A stretch of DNA of 64,000 nt from positions 77,542 to 141,541 of the forward strand of contig JBAXBS010000003.1 in NCBI GenBank assembly GCA_037141925.1. The letters are read 5' to 3'. The notes under the pieces were generated by a model. It was given only the letters and a program-made list of their open reading frames with translations. It searched no databases and was not told where the DNA came from. Position numbers and translations under genes: made by a program. Within the stretch, counting starts at the first letter, position 1. Every line of letters begins with the position of its first letter. The stretch is from Chitinophagaceae bacterium (lineage in GTDB: Bacteria; Bacteroidota; Bacteroidia; Chitinophagales; Chitinophagaceae). Positions 21,495-30,546 of the stretch are shown in pieces.

Positions 21495-22676
21495 ATGAAA
21501 CTGATCCAAGTTCATAATAATGTTACGGAAAAAGCTTTTGTAGAAGTGCATGCACTTTTAAACAAACGCAATCCTCATTTTATTAGACCCTTGGATAATG
21601 AAGTGATGCAAGTATTTGATCCTGCTAAAAATAAATTATTCAAAAACGGAGCAGCAGCAAGATGGATCTTACAAGATGATGCGGGAAACACTATAGGTAG
21701 AATAGCCGCATTTTATTACCAAGAATATATGAATAAGGGTACCGAATATCCTACAGGTTGTATGGGCTTTTTTGATTGTATCAATGATTCAAATGCCGCT
21801 ACTATTTTATTAGATGCCGCTAAAACATGGTTGCAAGAAAATGGTATGGAAGCCATGGATGGCCCTGTAAATTTTGGTGATAGAGATAAGTGGTGGGGAT
21901 TGATGGTAGAAGGATTTGAAGTGGAACCCATGTATGGCATGTCTTTTAATCCAGACTATTATGAAAGCCTGTTGACACAATATGGATTTCAAAACTTTTA
22001 CAATCAATATTATTATAAAAAGAGTTTACTAGAACCACTCCCCGCTAGGTTTGAGGAACGCTACCATAAATTTGCTGCTAAAGCAGACTACCGTGCAGTG
22101 CATTTGGATAAAAATCAACTCTCCAAATTTGCGGAGGATTTTGTCACTATTTACAATACCGCTTGGGCACAACACGGTGAAGCAAAAGCAATCACATTGC
22201 CTCAAATATTAAAATTATTTAAGACCCTGAAACCTATCATGGACGAGAAAGTGATATGGTTTGCCTATTATAAAGAAGAGCCTATTGCTATGTTCATTAA
22301 TATTCCAGATGTAAATCAATATTTCAAACATTTTAATGGCAAAATGGGTTTATTGCAAAAACTACATTTGTTATGGATGAAGTGGAATAAATCCAATGAC
22401 AGATTAACAGGTTTGGCTTTTGGAGTAGTACCCAAATATCAAGCTTTAGGGGTAGATAGTTTTTTAATTAATGCTTGTCACAAACTCATCAATCTTACAA
22501 AAAGTTACGACCAATATGAAATGGGTTGGGCGGCCGATTGGAACCCTAAAATGTTGAATATTTATAAAAGCCTAGACGCTTCGCCAAGCCGTCATATGGT
22601 GACCTTCCGTTATATTTTTGACACCCAAAAACATCCTTTTGAGCGTCACCCCCAGATGGATTATACCCAAAAATAA
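21495..22676 (+). CDS. Conserved protein, GNAT-like fold (YghO-like)
   Basis: GRIAAF, GFFDC, MDGPVNF, GLMVEGF, FGVVPKYQALG motifs typical of this family. Confidence 0.7.
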   Translation: MKLIQVHNNVTEKAFVEVHALLNKRNPHFIRPLDNEVMQVFDPAKNKLFKNGAAARWILQDDAGNTIGRIAAFYYQEYMNKGTEYPTGCMGFFDCINDSNAATILLDAAKTWLQENGMEAMDGPVNFGDRDKWWGLMVEGFEVEPMYGMSFNPDYYESLLTQYGFQNFYNQYYYKKSLLEPLPARFEERYHKFAAKADYRAVHLDKNQLSKFAEDFVTIYNTAWAQHGEAKAITLPQILKLFKTLKPIMDEKVIWFAYYKEEPIAMFINIPDVNQYFKHFNGKMGLLQKLHLLWMKWNKSNDRLTGLAFGVVPKYQALGVDSFLINACHKLINLTKSYDQYEMGWAADWNPKMLNIYKSLDASPSRHMVTFRYIFDTQKHPFERHPQMDYTQK

Positions 22677-22754
22677 TCTTTCTAAAAAAGGGGGATAAGA
22701 TTTAATTGCCAGAATAAAAGTTTTGATTTTGAATGTGTATATTGCGCGTCAAGT

Positions 22755-24554
22755 ATGGATAATTTTGTAGTCTCCGCCCGTAAGTACCGTCCCCAAAACT
22801 TTAACACAGTGGTGGGTCAGTCTCCTATTACCACGACCCTCAAAAATGCGATTCTTAATAATCATTTAGCACACGCTTTTTTATTTTGTGGTCCTAGAGG
22901 AGTGGGTAAAACCACTTGTGCTCGAATTTTAGCGAAGACTATTAATTGTACCAAGATCACAAAGGACGGAGAAGCTTGTAATGAATGTGATAGTTGTGTT
23001 TCCTTTGAAAAAGGAGCCAGCTTAAATATTCATGAATTAGATGCCGCGAGCAATAACTCGGTGGATGATATCAGAACCTTAGTAGAACAAGTTCGTTTTG
23101 CACCACAAGCGGGTAAATACAAAGTATATATTGTGGATGAGGTCCACATGTTAAGTGCGAGTGCCTTTAATGCATTTTTAAAAACATTAGAAGAACCTCC
23201 TCCCTACGCCATTTTCATTTTAGCCACCACCGAAAAGCATAAAATTTTACCTACTATTTTAAGTAGATGTCAAATTTTTGATTTTAGACGCATTAATTCT
23301 AATGACACCGTAGCACATTTAGAGGAAATTGTAAAAAAAGAAAAAATCAAGGCAGAAAAAAATGCGCTTCAATTAATCGCTCAAAAAAGCGAAGGATGTA
23401 TGCGTGACGCTTTGAGTATTTTAGATAAAATTGTAAGTTTTTCTAATGGCGCTTTAACGTATGCTAATACTTTAGAGCATTTAAATATTTTAGACGAAGC
23501 CTATTATTTTAAATTATTAGAATATTTAACCGATCAGGAGCTAACGAAGGCCATGTTGTTATATGACGAAATCAATCAAAAGGGTTTCGAGGGAGATATG
23601 GTTTTATATGGCTTTGCAAGCTTCATCCGTAATTTATTAGTGTGTAAGGATGCTGCAAGTGCTCATTTACTAGAATCTATAGAAGGTTGGAGAGACCAAT
23701 ACACCACTACCGCACAAAAAGTAAGTACTGCTTATTTAGTAAGCGCCTTAAATATTTTAAATGAGTCTGAGATTCAATTTAAAATGGCTCGTAATAAACG
23801 TTTACATGTGGAATTGGCTCTTATTAAACTCAATTTCTTACAACAAGCAATTGAACTTAGCATGGAAGACGGCCAAGTAGTAAAAAAAAAACTAGTTGAC
23901 ACTCACTACCCTATTAAAACAAAAAGAATTTTGCCTTTAGGTAAAATGGTGGTGAATGAACAGGCGAAATTAGTCATTGAAACGGCTCCCGTGAGTACTA
24001 AAAAGCCAACAGCTCCAATTACTTCCCCTACAACAAACAATTCTACTACAGCGCCATCTCAAATATCTGCTGTAGCAAGTGCCTCCACTGAATCTGGAAA
24101 TAAAAAGAATTTATTAGCCGCACTTCAACAAAAATATGGCAGTCAATATAAAATTGAAGAAGTTAAAGAATCCATTCCATTAAATAGGGAAGCACTTCAA
24201 CAATGCTGGAATGAGTATACTCAGTATTTAGAGAAAAGCTTAAAACATTCTTCTGCTGGCACTTTCAAATTAGCCCAACTTAATATTGAAGATGAAGTAC
24301 ATTTTACCGTGACAGTATCGGCCTTAACGGCACAAAAATTTGTGGAGCAAGAGCGCATGAATTTTATGGAAAAAGTTTGGGAACAATTTCAAAATAGAGG
24401 CATTCAGTTTAGTATATTAGTAGATGCGGGTGAAAAAGAAGATGTGCCCTTGCATTTAAAATTGAATAGCAAACAAAAGTTCGAGCGAATTGCCGAACAA
24501 TATCCTTTGGTGAATGAATTAAAGACTCGATTGAATTTAGAAATATTCTATTAG
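22755..24554 (+). CDS. dnaX: DNA polymerase III subunit gamma/tau
   Basis: ARKYRPQ, GPRGVGKT, Zn-binding cysteines, DEVHML, SRC; internal A10 run at 23882-23891. Confidence 0.97.
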   Translation: MDNFVVSARKYRPQNFNTVVGQSPITTTLKNAILNNHLAHAFLFCGPRGVGKTTCARILAKTINCTKITKDGEACNECDSCVSFEKGASLNIHELDAASNNSVDDIRTLVEQVRFAPQAGKYKVYIVDEVHMLSASAFNAFLKTLEEPPPYAIFILATTEKHKILPTILSRCQIFDFRRINSNDTVAHLEEIVKKEKIKAEKNALQLIAQKSEGCMRDALSILDKIVSFSNGALTYANTLEHLNILDEAYYFKLLEYLTDQELTKAMLLYDEINQKGFEGDMVLYGFASFIRNLLVCKDAASAHLLESIEGWRDQYTTTAQKVSTAYLVSALNILNESEIQFKMARNKRLHVELALIKLNFLQQAIELSMEDGQVVKKKLVDTHYPIKTKRILPLGKMVVNEQAKLVIETAPVSTKKPTAPITSPTTNNSTTAPSQISAVASASTESGNKKNLLAALQQKYGSQYKIEEVKESIPLNREALQQCWNEYTQYLEKSLKHSSAGTFKLAQLNIEDEVHFTVTVSALTAQKFVEQERMNFMEKVWEQFQNRGIQFSILVDAGEKEDVPLHLKLNSKQKFERIAEQYPLVNELKTRLNLEIFY

Positions 24555-24586
24555 TCGCTAGTCATTTACCAATACTTACCCTTTCT

Positions 24587-24922
24587 TCATAATCTAGCTT
24601 TTTGATACCCTTTTTGTTTCAGATATTGAAACACTTTTTGACGATGGTCTCCTTGAATAATAAGTTCTCCGTCTTTCACCGAACCTCCAGTTCCGCAATG
24701 ATTTTTTAATGCCTTGCCTAATAATTCCATTTCGGATATTGCCCCTACAAAACCATACACAATGGTAACTGTTTTACCCGCTCTATGTTTGGTCTCTAAA
24801 ATTACGCGAAGGGGTTGCTCTGCAGGCAATAAGGTTTCCACTTCCTCTGTATCAGGAGTTGCCATTGCTTGCGGATCGGTACTATACACAAAGGGGGATG
24901 TGATTTTATTTTTTTTACTCAT
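24587..24922 (-). CDS. yciH: Translation initiation factor SUI1/YciH family protein
   Basis: RAGKTVT, LKNHCGTGGSVKDGELIIQGDH. Confidence 0.92.
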   Translation of the reverse strand: MSKKNKITSPFVYSTDPQAMATPDTEEVETLLPAEQPLRVILETKHRAGKTVTIVYGFVGAISEMELLGKALKNHCGTGGSVKDGELIIQGDHRQKVFQYLKQKGYQKARL

Positions 24923-24964
24923 GTTATTGGAATGAATAAGAATGAAAGATTAATATTTAGTATA

Positions 24965-25030
24965 AGTATTAGATAAGTATTGAATGAGAATTAGATGAGT
25001 ATTGAATGAGAATTAGATTTAGTATTGGAA
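24965..25030. repeat. Intergenic imperfect tandem repeat, 22-bp period
   Basis: AGTATTGAATGAGAATTAGAT at 24976-24996 and 24998-25018, with partial AGTATT copies on both sides. Confidence 0.75.
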
Positions 25031-25042
25031 TTATAAAAATAT

Positions 25043-25432
25043 TTAATTCACACGAATACTTACTATCGCGATTCCTTTTTTGGATTCCTGCAACAGCATA
25101 CTTATATTATATTTTGCTTGAGCTGATAATAATTTTCCAGTAATATAAATGGTGGTGCCTAATTTTCTTTCAGCACTTTTTTCAAAACCCACTATATTTT
25201 TGTTACTAAAAAAAAGCTGTAATTGTTGATTGGCTTGCAAGGAGGCTAATTGTTTTTGAGACACTTGATCTACTATATTCACTTCTGCCACTGCATCCCA
25301 GAATGACAACAAATTGCTAAAATTGGCTGTTTGCAAGGTTTGCACTAGGTTTTCAGTTTCATTTTGAGCCTTTCCACTCAAGGAACAAAAAAGAAAACTA
25401 CTCATTAGGAGTATTTTGTAAATGAATTTCAT
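25043..25432 (-). CDS. Exported hypothetical protein (DUF4783-like)
   Basis: Signal peptide (KA-Q), size and position divergent from gpmI; TAACTTTG promoter at 25511-25518. Confidence 0.65.
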   Translation of the reverse strand: MKFIYKILLMSSFLFCSLSGKAQNETENLVQTLQTANFSNLLSFWDAVAEVNIVDQVSQKQLASLQANQQLQLFFSNKNIVGFEKSAERKLGTTIYITGKLLSAQAKYNISMLLQESKKGIAIVSIRVN

Positions 25433-25540
25433 TATTTAAAGGATTAGATCCGCTTTAAGTTTGTAATGTGCCTAGTATTTTGAAACTTTGTGGTACAATT
25501 GAATTTAAATCAAAGTTAAGGCTTTTAAAAAGTTTATAAG

Positions 25541-27058
25541 ATGTCTAAAAAAGTAATTTTAGTGATCATGGATGGTTGGGGGTTAGGACAAGTGCCTAAT
25601 GCAGATGCTATTCAGCATGCAAAAGTTCCTTTTGTGAGCAGTTTATACCAACAATACCCTCATAGTACATTAGTCACCTGCGGGGAAGCCGTGGGTTTAC
25701 CAGAGGGGCAAATGGGAAATAGTGAAGTAGGTCATCTTAATTTAGGGGCTGGGCGCATTGTTTATCAAGAATTACAAAGAATCAATGTAGCGATCCGTTC
25801 AGGTGAGTTTACTCAAAATAAAAAATTAATTGGCGCCATTGAATATGCCAAACAAAACAATAAGCCATTACATTTATTAGGTTTAGTAAGTGATGGTGGG
25901 GTGCATTCTCATACCAGTCATTTAACTGCTATTTGTGAGTTATGTCAAGCACATGGTCTTACCCAAGTATACATTCATGCATTTACAGATGGTCGTGATA
26001 CTGACCCCAAAAGCGGATTTGATTTTGTTCAAAAAGTAGAAAGCCATTTGTCAAAAAGTGTAGGAAAAATAGCCACTGTAAGTGGTAGATATTATGCGAT
26101 GGATCGTGATAAAAGATGGGAAAGAATTCAATTGGCTTATGATGGTATAGTGAAAGGAGAAGGGCCTACTGCAAACAGTGCGTTGGAGGCTATACAATCC
26201 AATTATGCAAAAGACATCACAGATGAATTTATTAAACCTACCATCATTACCGAAAATGGCAAACCCATTGCTAGCATTCAAGAAGGAGATGCTGTGATTT
26301 GCTTTAATTTTAGAACAGATAGATGTAGAGAAATTACACAAGTATTATCACAACAAGATTTCCCTGAATTTGGAATGAAAAAATTATCGCTTCATTATAC
26401 CACCCTTACGCGATATGACGAAACCTTTAAAGGAGTGGAAGTGGTATTTGAAAATGATAATTTAGTAAATACATTAGGAGATGTTTTAGCACAGAACCAT
26501 AAAAAACAAATCAGAATAGCTGAAACTGAAAAATATCCGCATGTCACTTTCTTTTTTAATGGGGGACGCGAAGTTCCATTTGAAGGGGAAACAAGAATTA
26601 TGGCCGCTTCTCCCAAAGTAGCTACCTATGATTTGCAGCCCGAAATGAGTGCAGAAGAATTAACCCATAAATTATTGCCTGAGATTCAAAAAGGAGAAGC
26701 CGACTTTATTTGTCTGAATTACGCCAATGCAGATATGGTGGGTCATACTGGCATATTTAGTGCAGTAGTGAAAGCGGTTGAAACAGTAGACACTTGTGTT
26801 CAAAAAATTGTAACGGCCGGTTTGGAGAACGGGTACACTTTATTGGTCACCGCCGACCATGGTAATGCCGATTTTATGATCAATGCCGACGGCAGCCCCA
26901 ATACTGCTCACACCTTAAATTTAGTACCTCTATTTTTAATAGATAAAGATGGTCAAGGAAGCATTCAATCCGGTAAATTAGGGGACGTCGCTCCTACCAT
27001 ATTATCTATCATGGGACTTCCTATTCCATCGGAAATGACAGGAAATGTGTTAACTTAA
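25541..27058 (+). CDS. gpmI: 2,3-bisphosphoglycerate-independent phosphoglycerate mutase
   Basis: DGWG, GQMGNSEVGH, GRYYAMDRD, AETEKYPHVTFF, DMVGH, ADHGN. Confidence 0.98.
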   Translation: MSKKVILVIMDGWGLGQVPNADAIQHAKVPFVSSLYQQYPHSTLVTCGEAVGLPEGQMGNSEVGHLNLGAGRIVYQELQRINVAIRSGEFTQNKKLIGAIEYAKQNNKPLHLLGLVSDGGVHSHTSHLTAICELCQAHGLTQVYIHAFTDGRDTDPKSGFDFVQKVESHLSKSVGKIATVSGRYYAMDRDKRWERIQLAYDGIVKGEGPTANSALEAIQSNYAKDITDEFIKPTIITENGKPIASIQEGDAVICFNFRTDRCREITQVLSQQDFPEFGMKKLSLHYTTLTRYDETFKGVEVVFENDNLVNTLGDVLAQNHKKQIRIAETEKYPHVTFFFNGGREVPFEGETRIMAASPKVATYDLQPEMSAEELTHKLLPEIQKGEADFICLNYANADMVGHTGIFSAVVKAVETVDTCVQKIVTAGLENGYTLLVTADHGNADFMINADGSPNTAHTLNLVPLFLIDKDGQGSIQSGKLGDVAPTILSIMGLPIPSEMTGNVLT

Positions 27059-27108
27059 CAGCGTCAAATAATGGCACAAATTGTTATATAACTGCTTAAC
27101 ATAAATTT

Positions 27109-27609
27109 ATGATCAAAAAAATACTTTTAGTACTTGTTGTTTTATTATTAATAGCACAATTTGTACGCCCTACTAAAAATAATTCAGGTGATGTTCAAAA
27201 GGATATTACCACTTTATACCCGATGCCTGATAGCGTAAAATTGATTGTGGCAAAAGCCTGTGCTGACTGCCATTCGAATAACACGAACTATCCATTATAT
27301 GCAAGCATTCAACCTCTTGCTTACTGGATTGGAGATCATGTCAAAGATGGAAAAAGACATTTTAATTTTAATGAATTTGCCGGCTATAGAATCGCCAAAC
27401 AAAATCATAAATTAGAAGAAGTCATTGAACAAATTAAGGAAGGCGAAATGCCATTATATTCTTACACTGTGATTCATAAAGAAGCCCGATTAACAGATGC
27501 CGAAAAAACAACATTAATGGATTGGGCCCAAAGTATTAGAGATTCACTTAAAGCGAATTACCCAGCGGATAGCCTGGTCATCAAAAAACAAACTGCACCT
27601 AAAAAATAG
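27109..27609 (+). CDS. Heme-binding (Haem_bd) c-type cytochrome domain protein
   Basis: N-terminal hydrophobic anchor, CADCH (CxxCH), GEMP distal Met. Confidence 0.85.
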   Translation: MIKKILLVLVVLLLIAQFVRPTKNNSGDVQKDITTLYPMPDSVKLIVAKACADCHSNNTNYPLYASIQPLAYWIGDHVKDGKRHFNFNEFAGYRIAKQNHKLEEVIEQIKEGEMPLYSYTVIHKEARLTDAEKTTLMDWAQSIRDSLKANYPADSLVIKKQTAPKK

Positions 27610-27620
27610 GTGGTACTCTT

Positions 27621-28259
27621 ATGAAAATTGTGAAGGCTACTTATGTTATTTCAAGTCCAAATTTTGATCAATGCCCTGCAACCAGATTGCCAGAGTATGC
27701 TTTTATTGGTCGAAGCAATGTAGGAAAATCCTCCATTATCAATGCGATATGTCAACAAAAAAATCTGGCTAAAACATCTTCTACTCCTGGTAAAACACAA
27801 TTGATTAATCATTTTGAGATTACGAGCATGTTGGCTACTAGAGGCAAACAAAGCAAATGGTTTATTGTGGATTTACCTGGATACGGATTTGCTAAGGTTT
27901 CTCAAAGTAGTAGAAGAAGATGGGAGCAAATGATTGAAAACTATTTAAGGAAAAGGCCGAATCTGAATCGTGTATTTGTTTTAGTAGATAGTCGTCATAG
28001 CCCGCAGAAAATTGATATTGAATTTATCCAACAATTAGTAGAATGGGAAATTCCCTACACCGTTATATTTACTAAATCTGATAAAGAAAAGCCTGGCGTG
28101 GTTGCACGTAACGTAAAAGATTTTTTTGAAACCCTTCGCAATACCCTTCCGTTTTTACCTGAAGGATTCGTTACAAGTGCGGAGAAAAAAACAGGCGTCG
28201 AAGAAGTACTGGATTGTATAGCACAATACAATGAATTGTACGAAGAACCCCAAAGCTAA
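27621..28259 (+). CDS. engB: Ribosome biogenesis GTPase YihA/YsxC
   Basis: GRSNVGKSS, PGKTQLIN, DLPGYG, TKSD. Confidence 0.97.
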   Translation: MKIVKATYVISSPNFDQCPATRLPEYAFIGRSNVGKSSIINAICQQKNLAKTSSTPGKTQLINHFEITSMLATRGKQSKWFIVDLPGYGFAKVSQSSRRRWEQMIENYLRKRPNLNRVFVLVDSRHSPQKIDIEFIQQLVEWEIPYTVIFTKSDKEKPGVVARNVKDFFETLRNTLPFLPEGFVTSAEKKTGVEEVLDCIAQYNELYEEPQS

Positions 28260-28297
28260 TTTAATTTATTACCGACCCCACAACATCGTACCTCCTT

Positions 28298-30064
28298 ATG
28301 AAGATATTAATTCAATACATTAAACCTTTCAGAACACTCGTCATACTTGCTTTCATATTAGCAGCTATCAATCAAACTTTTTCTTTATTTGATCCCATGA
28401 TATTTGGGAAGTTAATTGATGAATTTGCAAAAAGTCCTTTATTAGATAAATCTGGAGCAGTCCGCAACCAATCTCAGTTTTTAACAGGCGTAAGTACGAT
28501 GTTATTGCTATTGGTGGGTACAGCTATGGTGAGTAGAATAGCAAAAGCATTCCAGGATTATATTGTGAATGTAATCATTCAAAAATTTGGCGCTGCTTTA
28601 TTTACTGATGGATTAAAGCATTCTATGCAATTGCCTTATCAAGCTTTTGAAGATCAACGAAGTGGTGAAACCTTATCTATCCTAACCAAAGCGCGTACTG
28701 ATTGTGAAAAATTTATTAGTTACGTGGTGAATGTGTTATTTGGAATTATAGTGAGTGTCATCTTTGTGTCTATTTATGCGACTCGATTGCATTGGTCTAT
28801 TATTCCAATCTATATTGGGGGCGCCAGCATGATTGCTTATGTGACAAATTTATTGAGTAAGAAAATAAAATCAATTCAAAAAAATATTGTAAAGGAGACC
28901 ACCACCCTAGCCGGGACCACCACCGAAAGCTTACGCAATATAGAATTGGTAAAAAGTTTAGGCTTAACCAATCAAGAAATTAATCGACTCAATAACAATA
29001 CGTATAAAATTTTAGCCCTTGAATTAAAGAAAGTTAAAAACATTCGTTCTTTAAGTTTTATCCAAGGAACCATGGTTAACTTTTTAAGACAGGTCATCAC
29101 TTTTACTTTAATGTGGTTGATCTTCAAACAAATATTAACTGTGGGTCAATTAATATCCTTACAGTTTTATAGCTTCTTCATATTTGGACCCTTACAAGAA
29201 ATTGGAAGTATTATTATGAGCTACCGTGAAACAGAAGCTTCTCTTAATAATTTCAATGCGTTAATGCAAAAACCAATTGAAGAAACACCGGCTAACCCCA
29301 TTGCGATTGGTCCCATTAATCATTTGGCTTTTAAAGGAGTGGGGTTTCAACATCAAACGGCTAATTTTAAAGCCATTGACGGCATTACATTCGAAGCAAG
29401 TATTGGCGAAACAGTTGCCTTTGTGGGGCCTTCTGGCGCTGGGAAAAGCACCTTAGTAAAATTATTGGTAGGATTGTATCAGCCTCAAGAAGGTGAAATT
29501 TTGGTCAACCAAGTGAATACGCAACAAATTGATATGAGTGACTTGCGCAATCAAATTAGTTTTGTGACGCAAGACACCCAACTTTTTGCAGGAACCATAA
29601 AGGAAAATTTAGCATTCGTAGCCCCTAATGCTACCGAAGAAGATATGTTTATAGCACTTACCAAAGCTAGTTGCACTAATATCTTAGATAAAGGAGGCAA
29701 GGGTTTAGCTACCTTAATTGGAGAGGGCGGATTGAAATTAAGTGGAGGCGAAAAGCAAAGACTTTCCATTGCTCGTGCTTTGTTGAGACATCCTCATTTA
29801 TTGATATTTGATGAAGCTACTTCTAGCTTAGACAGTTTAACAGAAGAAAGCATTACCGATACTATCCGTCAACTTTCTGCTGAGCGTGCACAAATCACCA
29901 TTATGATTGCGCATCGTTTAAGCACTATCATACATGCCAATAAAATTTATGTACTTGAAAAAGGGCAAGTGATTGAATCAGGGACACATGCTAGTTTGTT
30001 GGAAGAAAAAGGATTGTATTACGCCATGTGGCGTCAACAAATTGGAGAAAGACATTCAGCTTAA
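28298..30064 (+). CDS. ABC exporter, fused permease/ATPase
   Basis: TM domain, GPSGAGKST, LSGGEKQR, FDEATS, AHRLST. Confidence 0.93.
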   Translation: MKILIQYIKPFRTLVILAFILAAINQTFSLFDPMIFGKLIDEFAKSPLLDKSGAVRNQSQFLTGVSTMLLLLVGTAMVSRIAKAFQDYIVNVIIQKFGAALFTDGLKHSMQLPYQAFEDQRSGETLSILTKARTDCEKFISYVVNVLFGIIVSVIFVSIYATRLHWSIIPIYIGGASMIAYVTNLLSKKIKSIQKNIVKETTTLAGTTTESLRNIELVKSLGLTNQEINRLNNNTYKILALELKKVKNIRSLSFIQGTMVNFLRQVITFTLMWLIFKQILTVGQLISLQFYSFFIFGPLQEIGSIIMSYRETEASLNNFNALMQKPIEETPANPIAIGPINHLAFKGVGFQHQTANFKAIDGITFEASIGETVAFVGPSGAGKSTLVKLLVGLYQPQEGEILVNQVNTQQIDMSDLRNQISFVTQDTQLFAGTIKENLAFVAPNATEEDMFIALTKASCTNILDKGGKGLATLIGEGGLKLSGGEKQRLSIARALLRHPHLLIFDEATSSLDSLTEESITDTIRQLSAERAQITIMIAHRLSTIIHANKIYVLEKGQVIESGTHASLLEEKGLYYAMWRQQIGERHSA

Positions 30065-30504
30065 TCGCGTTCAAATTTCTTTTGCAAATATTCCATAACG
30101 GAAGGATCTTCTAATCCTTCCATATCACTTAATTCCAATTCAATAGCACGAGTACTCAATCTAATTTCGATCAGCGATAAAAATATTGAAATGGAAAAGG
30201 TAATTAAGCTAAGTGCAAAAACAAACTTGGCAACTCCTTGATATTCAATAAAAATAAAAAACATAGATACAATAGATAATAGCAAACTGGCTACTCCATA
30301 GGTTTGCATGTTTTGAATTAATTTGATTCGGTACTTTAGGTTTTTGATTTGCCCAAAAATGATATGCTTTTGCTCTATTAACTGGTACTTATCATGCAAC
30401 ATGCGCACTCTATTGGATAAAGCCAAGAAACGATTGGTATAGGCCAACATGATCAGGCTAATGGCCGGAAAAAGTAAGGCGGGTATATTGACAGATAATT
30501 CCAT
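30061..30504 (-). CDS. DUF2721-like membrane protein
   Basis: PALLFPAISL..LAYTNRFL motif and three hydrophobic segments. Confidence 0.8.
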   Translation of the reverse strand: MELSVNIPALLFPAISLIMLAYTNRFLALSNRVRMLHDKYQLIEQKHIIFGQIKNLKYRIKLIQNMQTYGVASLLLSIVSMFFIFIEYQGVAKFVFALSLITFSISIFLSLIEIRLSTRAIELELSDMEGLEDPSVMEYLQKKFERD

Positions 30505-30508
30505 AGCA

Positions 30509-30529
30509 CAAAAATATAAAGTATTTTTG
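30509..30529. promoter_or_regulatory. Back-to-back -7 promoter elements for DUF2721 gene (-) and uvrC (+)
   Basis: TATTTTTG on the minus strand at 30509-30516 and on the plus strand at 30522-30529. Confidence 0.7.
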
Positions 30530-30546
30530 TGTTCTCAGCGCCTATT

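Noticed and set aside
24965-25030. Possible mini-CRISPR
   Set aside because: Repeats are adjacent without unique spacers, and there are no cas genes.
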